From the NCBI RefSeq assembly GCF_902713615.1, contig NC_052168.1, positions 1,240,001 through 1,304,000 of the forward strand: DNA of 64,000 bases, in the 5' to 3' direction. A program made the translations under genes and the position numbers. The notes beneath the pieces are model-generated. The model ran no database searches. It was given only the letters and a program-made list of their open reading frames with translations, and was not told the DNA's origin. Below, piece by piece: positions 23,801 through 35,129 of the stretch. The stretch's first letter is position 1. Every line of letters begins with the position of its first letter. This stretch comes from Scyliorhinus canicula. Taxonomy: Eukaryota.

Positions 23801-26800
23801 GGGAGTGTGTGTGTGGATGGAGAGAGAGGGAGTGTGTGTGGGAGGGTGGGAGAGAGGGAGTGTGTGTGGGAGGGTGCGAGAGAGAGGGAGTGTGTGTGGG
23901 AGGGTGGGAGAGAGAGGGAGTGTGTGTGGGAGGGTGGGAGAGAGAGGGAGTGTGTGTGTGGGAGGGAGAGAGAGAGGGAGTGTGTGTGGGAGGGTGGGAG
24001 AGAGAGGGAGTGTGTGGGAGGGTGGGAGAGAGAGGGAGTGTGTGTGGGAGGGTGGGAGAGAGAGGGTGTGTGTAGGAGGGTGGGAGAGAGAGGGAGGTGT
24101 GTGGGAGGGTGGGAGAGAGAGGGAGTGTGTGTGGGAGGGTGGGAGAGAGAGGGAGTGTGTGGGAGAGTGGGAGAGAGACGGAGTGTGGGAGGGAGGGTGG
24201 GAGAGAGAGGGAGTGTGTGGGAGGGTGGGAGAGAGAGGGAGTGTGTGTGGGAGGGTGGGAGAGAGAGGGAGGGTGGGAGAGAGAGAGAGGGAGGGTGGGA
24301 GAGAGAGGGAGTGTGTGTGTGGGAGGGTGGAGAGAGAGGGAGGGTGGGAGAGAGAGTGTGTGTGTGGGAGGGTGGGAGAGAGAGGGAGTGTGGGAGGGAG
24401 GGTGGGAGAGAGAGGGAGTGTGTGGGAGGGTGGGAGAGAGAGGGAGTGTGGGAGGGAGGGTGGGAGAGAGAGGGAGTGTGTGGGAGAGAGAGGGAGTGTG
24501 GGAGAGAGAGGGTGTGTGTGGGAGAGAGAGGGAGTGTGTGTGGGAGGGTGGGAGAGAGAGGGAGTGTGGGAGGGAGGGTGGGAGAGAGAGGGAGTGTGTG
24601 TGGGAGGGTGGGAGAGAGAGGGAGTGTGTGTGGGAGGGTGGGAGAGAGAGGGAGTGTGTGGGAGGGTGGGAGAGAGAGGGAGTGTGTGTGTGGGAGGGAG
24701 AGAGAGGGAGTGTGTGTGGGAGGGTGGGAGAGAGAGGGAGGGTGGGAGAGAGGGTGTGTGTGGGAGAGTGGGAGAGAGGGAAGGTGGGAGAGAGAGGGAG
24801 TGTGTGTGGGAGGGTGGGAGAGAGAGGGAGGGTGGGAGAGAGAGGGTGTGTGTGTGGGAGGGACGGAGAGTGCAACAGAGAGAGAAAGTAGGAGAATGGG
24901 AGTGAGGGAGAGAGAGTGGAGGGAGAGAGAGTGGAGGGAGGGAGTGGGGGAAAGAGAGTGTGGAAGATAGAGAGAGAGAATGTGGGAGGGAGGGAGAGAG
25001 TGGAGGAGAGAGAGAGTGTGAGAGAGGGAGAGTGTGAGAGACAGAGTGTGGGAGAGAGTCTGGGAGAGAGAGTGTGGGAGCGAGTGCGGGAGGGAGAGAG
25101 AGTGTGGGAGAGAGAGAGTGTGAGAGAGAGGGAGTGTGAGAGAGAGGGAGTGTGGGATAGAATGAGTGTGGGAGGGAGAGAGAGAGAGAGAGAGCGGGAG
25201 GGATGGAGAGAGTGTGGGAGGGAGAGAGAGTGTGGGAGGGAGGGAATGAGTGATTAGAAAGAGGGAAGGAAGCATGAGAGAAAGGAGGAGAGAAGCAGGG
25301 AGTAAAGAAATGAAAGGAAAGAAGAAGAGAGCGAGTCAGAGATAGAGACAGAAAACAAATGGAGGAAAAGAGAGGAAAGAAAGATGTGGAAAGAGATAAG
25401 GAGGGAGAGACAGACTTGAAGAGGGAGAAAGAATGAGAGGAGGGAGGCAGGAGGAGTGAGGGAGGGAAGGAGGGACAAACAGGGGGAGTGACGGAGGGAG
25501 ACAGGGAGAGTGAAGGAGATGTGGTGAGGGAGGGAGACGGGGAATGAGGGAGATGGGAGTGAGCGAGGGAAGGAGACAGGGAGTGAGGGAGGGGGAATGA
25601 GGGAGACAGAGGGAGAGGCGAGTTCCTGTTTTGCTGTCTGGGTGTTTTGGGCTGAGGACGTTAGGGGACAGGAGTCATTCCCACTTTGCTACAGTCCAGG
25701 GGTGAGATTAACCCTCCCCAGGCGACACTCGGGGTTACAGCCAGGGTGGAGAATTCACCCCCTCGTTCCCCTTCCCATTTTCATAGAATTTACAGTACAG
25801 AATGAGGCCACTCGGCCTATCAAGTCTGCACCGACCCTCCCAAAGAGCATCCTACCCGGCCGACTGCCCCCACCCTATCCCCGTAACCCCACACAATCTT
25901 TTGGACACTAAGGGCAATTTATCATGACCAATCCACCTAACCCGCACATCTTTGGACTGTGGGAGGAAACCGGAGCACCCGGAGGAAACCCACGCACACA
26001 CGGGGAGAACGTGCAGACTCCGCACAGACACCCATGGCCGGAATTAAACCCGGCCCCCTGCCGCTGGGAGGCAGCAGCGCTAACCACTGTGCCGCCCACT
26101 TTTCTGGATTCCTGTGGGCACCAATCAGGCGGGATCAGCGGGCATTCTGTGGGAGGTATCCGATTCCAGGCAAAGGAGCGATGCCACTAACTCCCCCTTC
26201 TGTCAGTCGCATGCCATTGTGATGCACCTCACAGCTGAAGTGCCGCCACCCTCACTGTCAGAACTCAGGGCAGGTGTCATGCTGCCAGTTGTTCTGGAGT
26301 GGGTGGGGGGAGGGCAGTAACTCCACCAGGATGGCCCCCTGACTGTACCCAGGCAGTTTGGAAGCTGATTTCTTGCCTCTGTTCTCAGGTAGTCGCTGTG
26401 GCCTCTCGGGATTCTTCACGAGCTCGCAGTTTTGCAAAAAAACATGAAATCCCCAAATCGTACGGTTCATATGAGGAGCTGGCGACCGATCCCAGTGTCG
26501 GTGAGCATTCACATCACCCAGTCTGCTGGGGCGCGGGCTCCGTATAGAGGTCTCTCTCTGCCCATGTCTCTGTCTAACTGTTTCTGTCTTTGTCTCTGTG
26601 AAGATCCCAGAACAATCCCAAACCTCAGCAAAATCGATGCTATTTTTTTTAAAATTTAGATTACCCAATTCATTTTTTCCAATTAAGGGGCAATTTAGCG
26701 TGGCCAATCCACCTAGTTTGCACATTTTTGGGTTGTGGGGGTGAGACCCACGCAGACACGGGGAGAATGTGCAAACTCCACACGGACAGTGACCCAGAGC

Positions 26801-29800
26801 CGGGATCGAACCTGGGACCTCGGCGCCGTGAGGGTGCAGTGCTAACCACTGCGCCACCGTGCTGCCCTGCTAAATGGATGTTATGGCGTGGGCAATGTGA
26901 GACTAACAGCCTGACAACAATGTGACTGTAACTGTGACAATAATAGATTGATAGTAATCAGTAATATCAAGTGACAGTAACAGAGTGACAGTAATCAGTA
27001 ATACAGAGTGACAGTAACAGAGTGACAGTAACAGAGTGACAGTAATCAGTAATACAGAGTGACAGTAACAGAGTGACAGTAATCAGTAATACAGAGTGAC
27101 AGTAACAGAGTGACAGTAATCAGTAATACAGAGTGACAGTAACAGAGTGACAGTAATCAGTAATACAGAGTGACAGTAACAGAGTGACAGTAATCAGTAA
27201 TACAGAGTGACAGTAACAGAGTGACAGTAATCAGTAATACAGAGTGACAGTAACAGAGTGACAGTAATCAGTAATACAGAGTGACAGTAATCAGTAATAG
27301 AGTGACAGTAACAGAGTGACAGTAATCAGTAATACAGAGTGACAGTAACAGAGTGACAGTAACAGAGTGACAGTAATCAGTAATACAGAGTGACAGTAAC
27401 AGAGTGACAGTAATCAGTAATACAGAGTGACAGTAATCAGTAATACAGAGTGACAGTAATCAGTAATACAGAGTGACAGTAACAGTGACAGTAATCAGTA
27501 ATACAGAGTGACAGTAACAGCGTGACAGTAATCAGTAATACAGAGTGACAGTAACAGAGTGACAGTAACAGAGTGACAGTAATCAGTAATACAGAGTGAC
27601 AGTAACAGCGTGACAGTAATCAGTAATAGTGACAGTAACAGAGTGACAGTAATCAGTAATACAGAGTGACAGTAACAGAGTGACAGTAATACAGAGTGAC
27701 AGTAACAGAGTGACAGTAATCAGTAATACAGAGTGACAGTAACCAGTAATACAGAGTGACAGTAACAGAGTGACAGTAATCAGTAATACAGAGTGACAGT
27801 AATCAGTAATACAGAGTGACAGTAATCAGTAATACAGAGTGACAGTAACAGTGACAGTAATCAGTAATACAGAGTGACAGTAACAGCGTGACAGTAATCA
27901 GTAATACAGTGACAGTAACAGAGTGACAGTAATCAGTAATACACAGTGACAGTAACAGAGTGACAGTAACAGAGTGACAGTAATCAGTAATACAGAGTGA
28001 CAGTAACAGTGACAGTAATCAGTAATACAGAGTGACAGTAACAGTGACAGTAATCAGTAATACAGTGACAGTAACAGAGTGACAGTAACAGAGTGACAGT
28101 AATCAGTAATACAGAGTGACAGTAACAGTGACAGTAATCAGTAATACAGAGTGACAGTAACAGAGTGACAGTAACAGAGTGACAGTAATCAGTAATACAG
28201 AGTGACAGTAACAGAGTGACAGTGAAAGTAATCAGTAATACAGAGTGACAGTAACAGTGACAGTAATCAGTAATACAGAGTGACAGTAACAGAGTGACAG
28301 TAATCAGTAATACAGAGTGACAGTAACAGAGTGACAGTAACAGAGTGACAGTAATCAGTAATAGTGACAGTAACAGAGTGACAGTGAAAGTAATCAGTAA
28401 TACACAGTGACAGTAACAGAGTGACAGTAACAGAGTGACAGTGAAAGTAATCAGTAATACACAGTGACAGTAACAGAGTGACAGTAATCAGTAATACACA
28501 GTGACAGTAACAGAGTGACAGTAATCAGTAATACAGAGTGACAGTAACAGTGACAGTAATCAGTAATACAGAGTGACAGTAATCAGTAATACCGAATTAC
28601 AGTAACAGAGTGACAGTAACAGTGTGACAGTAACAGAGTGACAGTAAATGTGTGGCAGTAGAGTTGTAGAATTTACAGTGCAGAAGGAGGCCATTCAGCC
28701 CATCGAGTCTGCACCGGCCCTTTGAAAGAACATCCTAGCCAAGCCCACACCCCCACCCTATCCCGTAACCCAGTAATCCCACCCAACGCCTTTGGACACG
28801 AAGGGCAATTTATCATGGCCAATCCACCTAACCTGCACATCTTTGGACTGTGGGAGGAAACCGGAGCACTCGGAGGAAACCCACACAGACACGGGGAGGA
28901 CGTGCAGACTCCACACAGACAGTGACTTGTAATAGTCTGTGACTGTACCAATGTATTCCTCATTTGTCAGACATTGTCTACGTGGGAATCATTAATCCTG
29001 AGCACCTGAGGGTGGCTCTGCTGATGCTGAGAGCTGGGAGGAATGTTCTGTGTGAGAAGCCGATGGCCATGAATCTGCGGCAGGTTCAACAACTCGTCTG
29101 TGCAGCACGAGACAGTGACCGCTTCCTCATGGAGGTGGGTTCATTCTCTTCATTTAACAAATGCTTTTCAAATTTTTAACTGGAGACAGCACATGGCGAT
29201 TGAGAGCTGGAATTTTATTTTCCAATTCAGGTCCCTGGTGTCAGTGCCAGGCATTCTGCTCTCAGGTACGGCTCAGGGTTAGAGTAAAGGTGCCTGAAAG
29301 TGTGAGTGTGCGAAAATACTGCAAATGCTGGAAATCTGAAATAGAAAAAATCCCAGCAGGTCAGACAGCGGTCGGTGGAGACAGAAACAGAGTTAGTGTT
29401 TCCAGACCATGTGACTTGTCCAGAGCACGTCCCTCATTTTCAAGACAAAAAATGTATCGCTGCCTCTTCAATATATTCAATGATGGAGCGTCCACTACAC
29501 TCGGGAATGAAAATTCCAAAGATTCACAACCTTTTGCATGAAAAAAAAAATTCCTCAGCTCAGTCCTAAATGATCAGACCCTTATCCAGAAACTGCACCC
29601 CCTTGTTCCTGATTACCCAGTCAGTGGAGGTGGAAACAACATCTCTGTATCTACCCTGTCAAACGCCTTCAATAATCTTCAATTTTTCAATTAGATCATT
29701 GCTTATTCATCGAAACTCCAGAGAAAATAGACCCTATTTACTCAACTTCTCATCAGAGGACACTTTCTCACCCCAGGGACCAATCCAGTGAACCTTTGTT

Positions 29801-32800
29801 ATGCTTCCCCCAATAAAATATATTCTTCCTGTAACATGGGGGCCATAATCGCACACGGTATTCAAGGTGTGGTCTGACCAAAGCCCCATCCAATTGTAGC
29901 AAGACATCTTCATGCTAGTGTTCCAGTCTCCTTGCAATAAGAGGCAACATTGCTTTCTAATCGCTTGCTGTACCTGTGTGCTAACTTTTTCTTGTCCTTT
30001 ATACGAGTACATTCAAATCTCTCAACTTTTCCGAGTTTCATGCCTTTTAAAAAATGTTCTGCTTTTCTATCCTTACGACCAAATGACCCTCACACTTCCG
30101 GACATCATTCTCCATCTGCCAACTTGATGCCCACTCACTTAATCTTGATGCCCACTCTATCTCTTTGCATTCCCCTCATTGCTTGCATTCCCACCTAGCT
30201 TTGTATTGTCAGCAAACCCAGATACCTCATTTTCTGTCTATTCCTCTAAGTCATTCATACAGATTATAAATAGCTGAGACCACAGCACTGGGGCTGGATT
30301 CTCCGCCGGCGGGATTCTCCGTTTTGCCGGCGCCCGGGGGTTTCCCGACGGCGTGGGGCTGCCCCACAACCCCACTGACCGGCCGGCGTAACGGAGAATC
30401 CCGCCGGCGGGTCAGGCAGAAATGTGGAGCGACAGGGCGAAGAATCCAGCCCCCGATTCCTGGAGCACTCCATTAATTACTGTCTGACAACTTTACAATT
30501 CCTCATTTATCCTTGCTCTCAGCTTCCTGTTTGTTTACCTATCCAGACTCCCCTTTTTCCTGTTTGACAGTCCTCTATCCTTGCTAATATATCACCCCCA
30601 ACAGCTTATCAAATGCCTTTTGGAAATCCAAATATACTACATCTACTGCTTTCCCTTAACCCACCCTGCTCATTACATCCTCAAATAACTCTTAATAAAT
30701 TTATCAAACAGAATTTCTCTTTTGTTAAACCATGTTGACTTGTTCTAATCGTACAATACTGTACTTTTCTAAGTGCATTGTTAAAACGTCCTTAGTAATA
30801 GCACTCGCCAATGGCTGATGTCAGGCTAATTCTCTCTCCTGTTTTGAATAAGTAGCTTAGTTTTGGCATTGGTTCTTGTCAACATCCCGAACTCTGTGAA
30901 AACAGAAATGTATAAGTAACCATTTTGTACACAATGAGATCTCAGGAGGTAAATCCTCCATTTCGATGGTGCTGCGTATGGGGACCTTATGGGAAATTGG
31001 GAGAATTCTTAACTATTCCTCAAGGAGACTTGGGGCAGGATTCACCGTCGGCCGGCGCCAAAATCTGGAAAGGTGATTGGACGGAGAATTGGACTTGATG
31101 CCAAAATCGTGGTGGGCAATGGGTTCATTCCAATCGCAATTCTCCGGTGCCTTGAAAGCAGCGTCAATGCGTTCCACTCCGTACCTATCGCAGTGACACT
31201 GTCTGTATGCGTGACCAACTCCCACCCCCTCATTTTACCCCACCACACCCCAGCCCCCACACTCCACCATACAACCCACCCCCCCCCCGCCCCACAAGGA
31301 GTGTCTCCCACATTGTGGTGGCCTGCTGCATCCTCCACAATATCGCACAGCGGAGGGGTAACATACTGTCGGAAGAGGATGTATGTCAATCCTCATCTGA
31401 TGAGGAGGATGCAGAGAAGGACGGGGATGGGCAGAACTTGGGGACCGGGAGGCACAGGAGGCTGCACAACCTGTGCGCCAAGACGATGTGCAAGGGACGC
31501 TCTAACCGCCACCAGGTTGACCGACCAGGGGGACTGGCCTGTGGTGTGAATATCCCATCCACCTCCTCCCATGAACACCCTCCCTTCACAACCCGATCCC
31601 CCCACCTCTTGCAACCCCTTCCGTGATTCCTACCTGCCTTGCTTCGGGGTGCGGGCTCTGGGTTGGCAGTAACAGTGGATCTGGCCCATGGGATGGAGGA
31701 TGATGACAACCCGCTCTGGGATGAGCTCTGGTGCTCCCCACCATTCGGCGCCTGACTCCTGCCCACGGTAGCACTTTACCCATCCACCTGGGTGACCCCT
31801 GCACGCAAGCTGACCATTCGATCACACGGTCCAATCGAATCGCTGGGGTGACAGAGGTGGGGGAGGATGGGGGTGGGACCCGGAGCAGTAAGTGCTGGCT
31901 CAACGCGGTCACTGGGCCAAGCCCACCCACGTCTGCCCGCCCCCCCCTCCCCCCCACCCCCCCGGCAGCAGCCAGCCCAGATCAGACCATCCCTCACATG
32001 CTTTTGACAGAGCACCAAGACAGGTTGTAACGTTATGCACTGGTATTTATTGTGAATATATATACAGGATTGTGCCCTCACCCTGATCGCTATCTTATTT
32101 GCCACACCCATGCACATCTAACGCCACACCTAGGTGGAACCCCAGGCAGTACATCAGCAGTGGAGATGGCCTGCTATGATTCCTGCCCTATGACCTGGGT
32201 CCCCGTTGGCGGCCGTCTCCTGGGGCGAGCGGGGCCGCAGGTCCGGCGGTCCAGTCTTCTCTCACTCTCAGCGATTGTGAGCATCCTTCTCCTGCGGGGA
32301 GGGGGAAGAGAATAGAAAACACACAATATTACACACTCCGACGCATGCCACCCAGGGCCTGGGGAGCTGGTGGCTTCAATGGGTATTCCTAATCCCACAA
32401 ATTAGTTTTTTTAAATGTCCTGGAGTGGGACTTGAACGCTCTGGCAATGACAATGTAGCTCAATGTTATTGAGCAGCCCTGGCTATACTAAGCCCACTGG
32501 GTCTGTATATAAACATCTTCTGCATTCTCCGTGTTACATTCTGGGGAGTTGATGCTGAGTGAACTGAGAACGTGCCAGGCTTTATGAAGGAGTTTCTCTT
32601 TCACCTGATTTTGGGCTTTGTATTGACAGGGTTTATGGACACGTTTTTTCCCAGTCTCCAATGCCATCCGTGAACTACTGTCCCACAATGACGTGGGGGA
32701 GATCAAAATGGTTAAAGCCGAGTTTGGGACGTTCATGCTGGAAACTCCACGGCTGGTAGATAAGGAGTTGGGTGGAGGAGTGTTGCTTGACATTGGCTGT

Positions 32801-35031
32801 TACTGCCTCCAGTTTGTCTGCATGGTGTTCAGTGGTGAGAAGCCAGAGTCCGTACAAGCCACGGGATTCCTGACTGAGAAAGGCAAGTATGGAATTAACC
32901 ATCCAGAGACAGGTAACACCCATATAATTTTTTTGCCTCTTCACTTCAAAACGCTGAGTCTCTGCTTTGCGCTGAGATAGAGCGTTGATGTTAGTTCTGG
33001 ATGTGATTCAAACGTGGGTGGAGCGCCGGCACAGTGGTTAGCACTGTTGCTTCACAGCTCCAGGGTCCCAGGTTCGATTCCCGGCTTGGGTCACTGTGTG
33101 GTCTGCACGTTCTCCCCGTGTCTGCGTGGGTTTCCTCCGGGTGCTCCGGTTTCCTCCCACAAGTCCCGAAAGACGTGCTCGTTAGGTGAATTGGACATTC
33201 TGAATTCTCCCCTTGTACCTGAACAGGTGCCGGAATGTGCCGACTAGGGGATTTTCACAGTGACTTCATTGCAGTGTTAATGTAAGCCTACTTGTGACAA
33301 TAAGATTATTATTAAATCTACTTCCTGACCGTATTCTTATCATTTCCCCTGTTGTATCTCTGCAGGTGTTGATGAGGCAGTAACCATTGTACTAAAGTAC
33401 TCCAGGAAACGTATGGCCCTGGTAACTATAACCATGGCAGTACAGCTTGCTAACCAGGCAACTATCACTGGGACAAAGGGGACAATTACGGTAACTTTCT
33501 CTCTGCTCCCCTTACTCACGTATGCGCTTCTTTTGGTTAACCAAATCGACAAATTTAGGGGTAAATTGAAAGGCAGCCCCTTAAAAGGGGAATTGCATCA
33601 AAGTAAACAGAATCGCAAAGGAAACTTTAATCGCAGCTCTGCTGCCTCACGGCGCTGAGGACCCGGGTTCGATCGTGGCCCCAGGTTGCTGTCCGTGTGG
33701 AGTTTGCATTCTCTCCGTGTCTGCGTGAGTTTCACCCCCACAACCCAAAGATGTGCAGGTAGATGGATTGGTCACACTAAATTGCCCCTTAACTGGAAAA
33801 AAAAATTAGGTACTCAATTTATTTTATGAAAAAAAGGAAACTTTAATCATATTTTGTTTTGATAGCTTGATAAAAATCCCCAGCCACCTTGGTGGCCACC
33901 ACAGGCTACCTCTCCAGGGCCACCTGACAACGAACACAGCCACATAATACACTTGTAGCGCATTATGTGCAGCTGTCCCGTTGCCTATGCTGATGGGAGC
34001 CTGTGATATAATTTCCCAACAATGTGGTGCTACACAGTTCATATTCGATATCCTCCCCCAGGATCATGGACTCCCAGCACTTAACAAGGGCCCAGCAATA
34101 TTCACCAACAATCCTCACACTCAAGAGGTGCTCAGTCCCACTGGGCAGGTCCATAGCTATTCACACTCCAGCAACACCCTAATCTTCATGTGTGATCCCA
34201 TAGCGTACTGCTAATTATAATGCAACGGTGACGCACATCACAGTGTCTAGTCACTGGCAGTCTAGTCAGTGGGTGTTGATCCTCAGACTATTGCTGTGAG
34301 GGGGGGGGGATGCTGAAATACATGTCCCATTCTCCAGGTTAAAGCATCACTAAATCAGTCGAGAGAATGTGGATTGTTTTCTACTGTGACATCATGTGCT
34401 TTCCTCAAGATTCCAGGATTGATGTGGTGCCCCACAAGTCTGCTGGTGAATGGAAAGGCCCAGGAGTTCCCCTTGCCAGCTCCGTCTCAACCCCTCAACT
34501 TCATTAACAGTACAGGCCTGCGCTATGAAGCTGAACGAGTGCGGCAGTGTCTTCAGACAGGTAACTTCTCCCCTGCAAAACAAGGCCCCACCTTTCCCAT
34601 CAGATAGGCCACAATAACCCTGCTCCTTTATTGATGCTTTTCAACCAGGGTGGAGGAGGATTGACTGAATACTTACCAGGAGAGAGTTTGGAGAAGGACA
34701 GGGTGGTGGAACAAGATGACATGGGACTTTATCATTGCCCTGCTGACCTGCCAGATCCGGGGTGAATCTTGCCAACAAGGTTCAGTTACTGACCCATCAG
34801 ATTGTAAAATTAAGATACTGCGCACTGCTGGGATTGCGGTGAGGTTTTTAGCTGGTGTCAGCTGTCGCTGACAGTCGGGAGGGAGTCGAGTGCTTTCTAA
34901 CCTGTCGTGTTTTTATTGCAGGACTGAAAGAATGCCCCGATCTGCCATTGGCCGAGAGTGAGCTGATAATGAGCATTTTAGATGAGGCGCGAAGGCAGGT
35001 GGGGGTGGTGTACGATCAAGACGCCGCCTGA
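20767..35031 (+). CDS. DHDH: Trans-1,2-dihydrobenzene-1,2-diol dehydrogenase / D-xylose 1-dehydrogenase (Gfo/Idh/MocA family), 334 aa; join(20767..20856,26389..26500,28971..29134,32630..32882,33366..33490,34410..34560,34922..35031)
   Basis: Exons of 90+112+164+253+125+151+110 = 1005 nt splice into one open frame. Motifs WGICGAGRI (Rossmann fold), VLCEKP, WTRFFP and [11 protein letters not shown] are present. H79, K97, D176 and Y180 fall at the mammalian positions. Confidence 0.95.
20861..25620. repeat. Complex (GA)/(GT) purine-rich simple repeat in DHDH intron 1
   Basis: Almost C-free G/A-rich strand with higher-order units of about 28-30 bp. Confidence 0.97.
20977..21484. other. Assembly gap (508 N)
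   Basis: Run of N. Confidence 1.
25781..26097 (-). mobile_element. HE1/V-SINE-type SINE
   Basis: Reverse complement of the 15109 family. Confidence 0.85.
26389..26500 (+). CDS. DHDH: DHDH exon 2
   Basis: ttctcag|VVAVASRD...[13 protein letters not shown]|gtgagc. Confidence 0.95.
26643..26867 (-). mobile_element. tRNA-derived SINE, short subfamily
   Basis: Reverse complement of the 2854 family. Confidence 0.88.
26940..28648. repeat. Compound minisatellite of 14-bp (acagagtgacagta) and 9-bp (atcagtaat) modules
   Basis: Read directly; lies in DHDH intron 2. Confidence 0.96.
28667..28928 (-). mobile_element. HE1/V-SINE-type SINE, 5'-truncated
   Basis: Core and tail match the 15109 copy; ends about 40 nt before DHDH exon 3. 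Confidence 0.85.
28971..29134 (+). CDS. DHDH: DHDH exon 3
   Basis: tttgtcag|(D)IVYVG...VLCEKP...FLME|gtgggt. Confidence 0.95.
29440..30830 (-). mobile_element. Old, fragmented CR1 LINE RT/3' region (interrupted by a MITE)
   Basis: Degenerate matches to the CR1 motifs [18 protein letters not shown] and [10 protein letters not shown] on the minus strand. Confidence 0.65.
30291..30452. mobile_element. MITE, probably PIF/Harbinger
   Basis: 12-bp TIRs gggctggattct/agaatccagccc with 3-bp flanks ctg/ccg. Perfect internal 21-bp inverted repeat at 30303-30323 and 30390-30410. Confidence 0.7.
31032..32400 (+). mobile_element. PIF/Harbinger DNA transposon remnant
   Basis: Starts ggggcaggattc, similar to the MITE TIR. 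Encodes [19 protein letters not shown] plus an acidic tail, the C-terminal motif of Harbinger DDE transposases. GC-rich. The right end is uncertain. Confidence 0.65.
32630..32882 (+). CDS. DHDH: DHDH exon 4 (GC donor; alternative GT donor after 32912)
   Basis: ttgacag|GLWTRFFP...ATGFLTEK G|gcaagt. Confidence 0.9.
33018..33315 (+). mobile_element. V-SINE-type SINE with an alternative tail
   Basis: Same head and core; tail ...ttttcacagtg...cttgtgacaataagattattatta. Confidence 0.85.
33366..33490 (+). CDS. DHDH: DHDH exon 5
   Basis: ctctgcag|(G)[11 protein letters not shown]...ITGTKGTIT|gtaact. Confidence 0.95.
33633..33832 (+). mobile_element. tRNA-derived SINE, short subfamily, 5'-truncated
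   Basis: TSD aaaggaaactttaatc (33617-33632 and 33833-33848). Confidence 0.85.
34410..34560 (+). CDS. DHDH: DHDH exon 6
   Basis: ttcctcaag|IPGLMWCPT...[21 protein letters not shown]|gtaact. Confidence 0.93.
34922..35031 (+). CDS. DHDH: DHDH exon 7 (stop)
   Basis: ttattgcag|(G)[35 protein letters not shown]. Confidence 0.95.
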
Positions 35032-35080
35032 GGCAAGAGTGGCTGCAGATACTCTTGTGAATCACAGGAAAACACTGCCC

Positions 35081-35086
35081 AATAAA
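35081..35086 (+). terminator. DHDH polyadenylation signal
   Basis: AATAAA 50 nt after the stop codon. Confidence 0.6.
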
Positions 35087-35129
35087 TCCACCGCTGCTTT
35101 AATGATATGGAATTGACAACACTGCCTGG

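Noticed and set aside
20827-25275. ORFs of 1300-1480 aa
   Set aside because: They come from a simple GA/GT repeat plus an N gap.
26940-28648. Array with alternating modules, superficially CRISPR-like or code-like
   Set aside because: There are no unique spacers, only two slippage modules, in a vertebrate intron with no cas genes.
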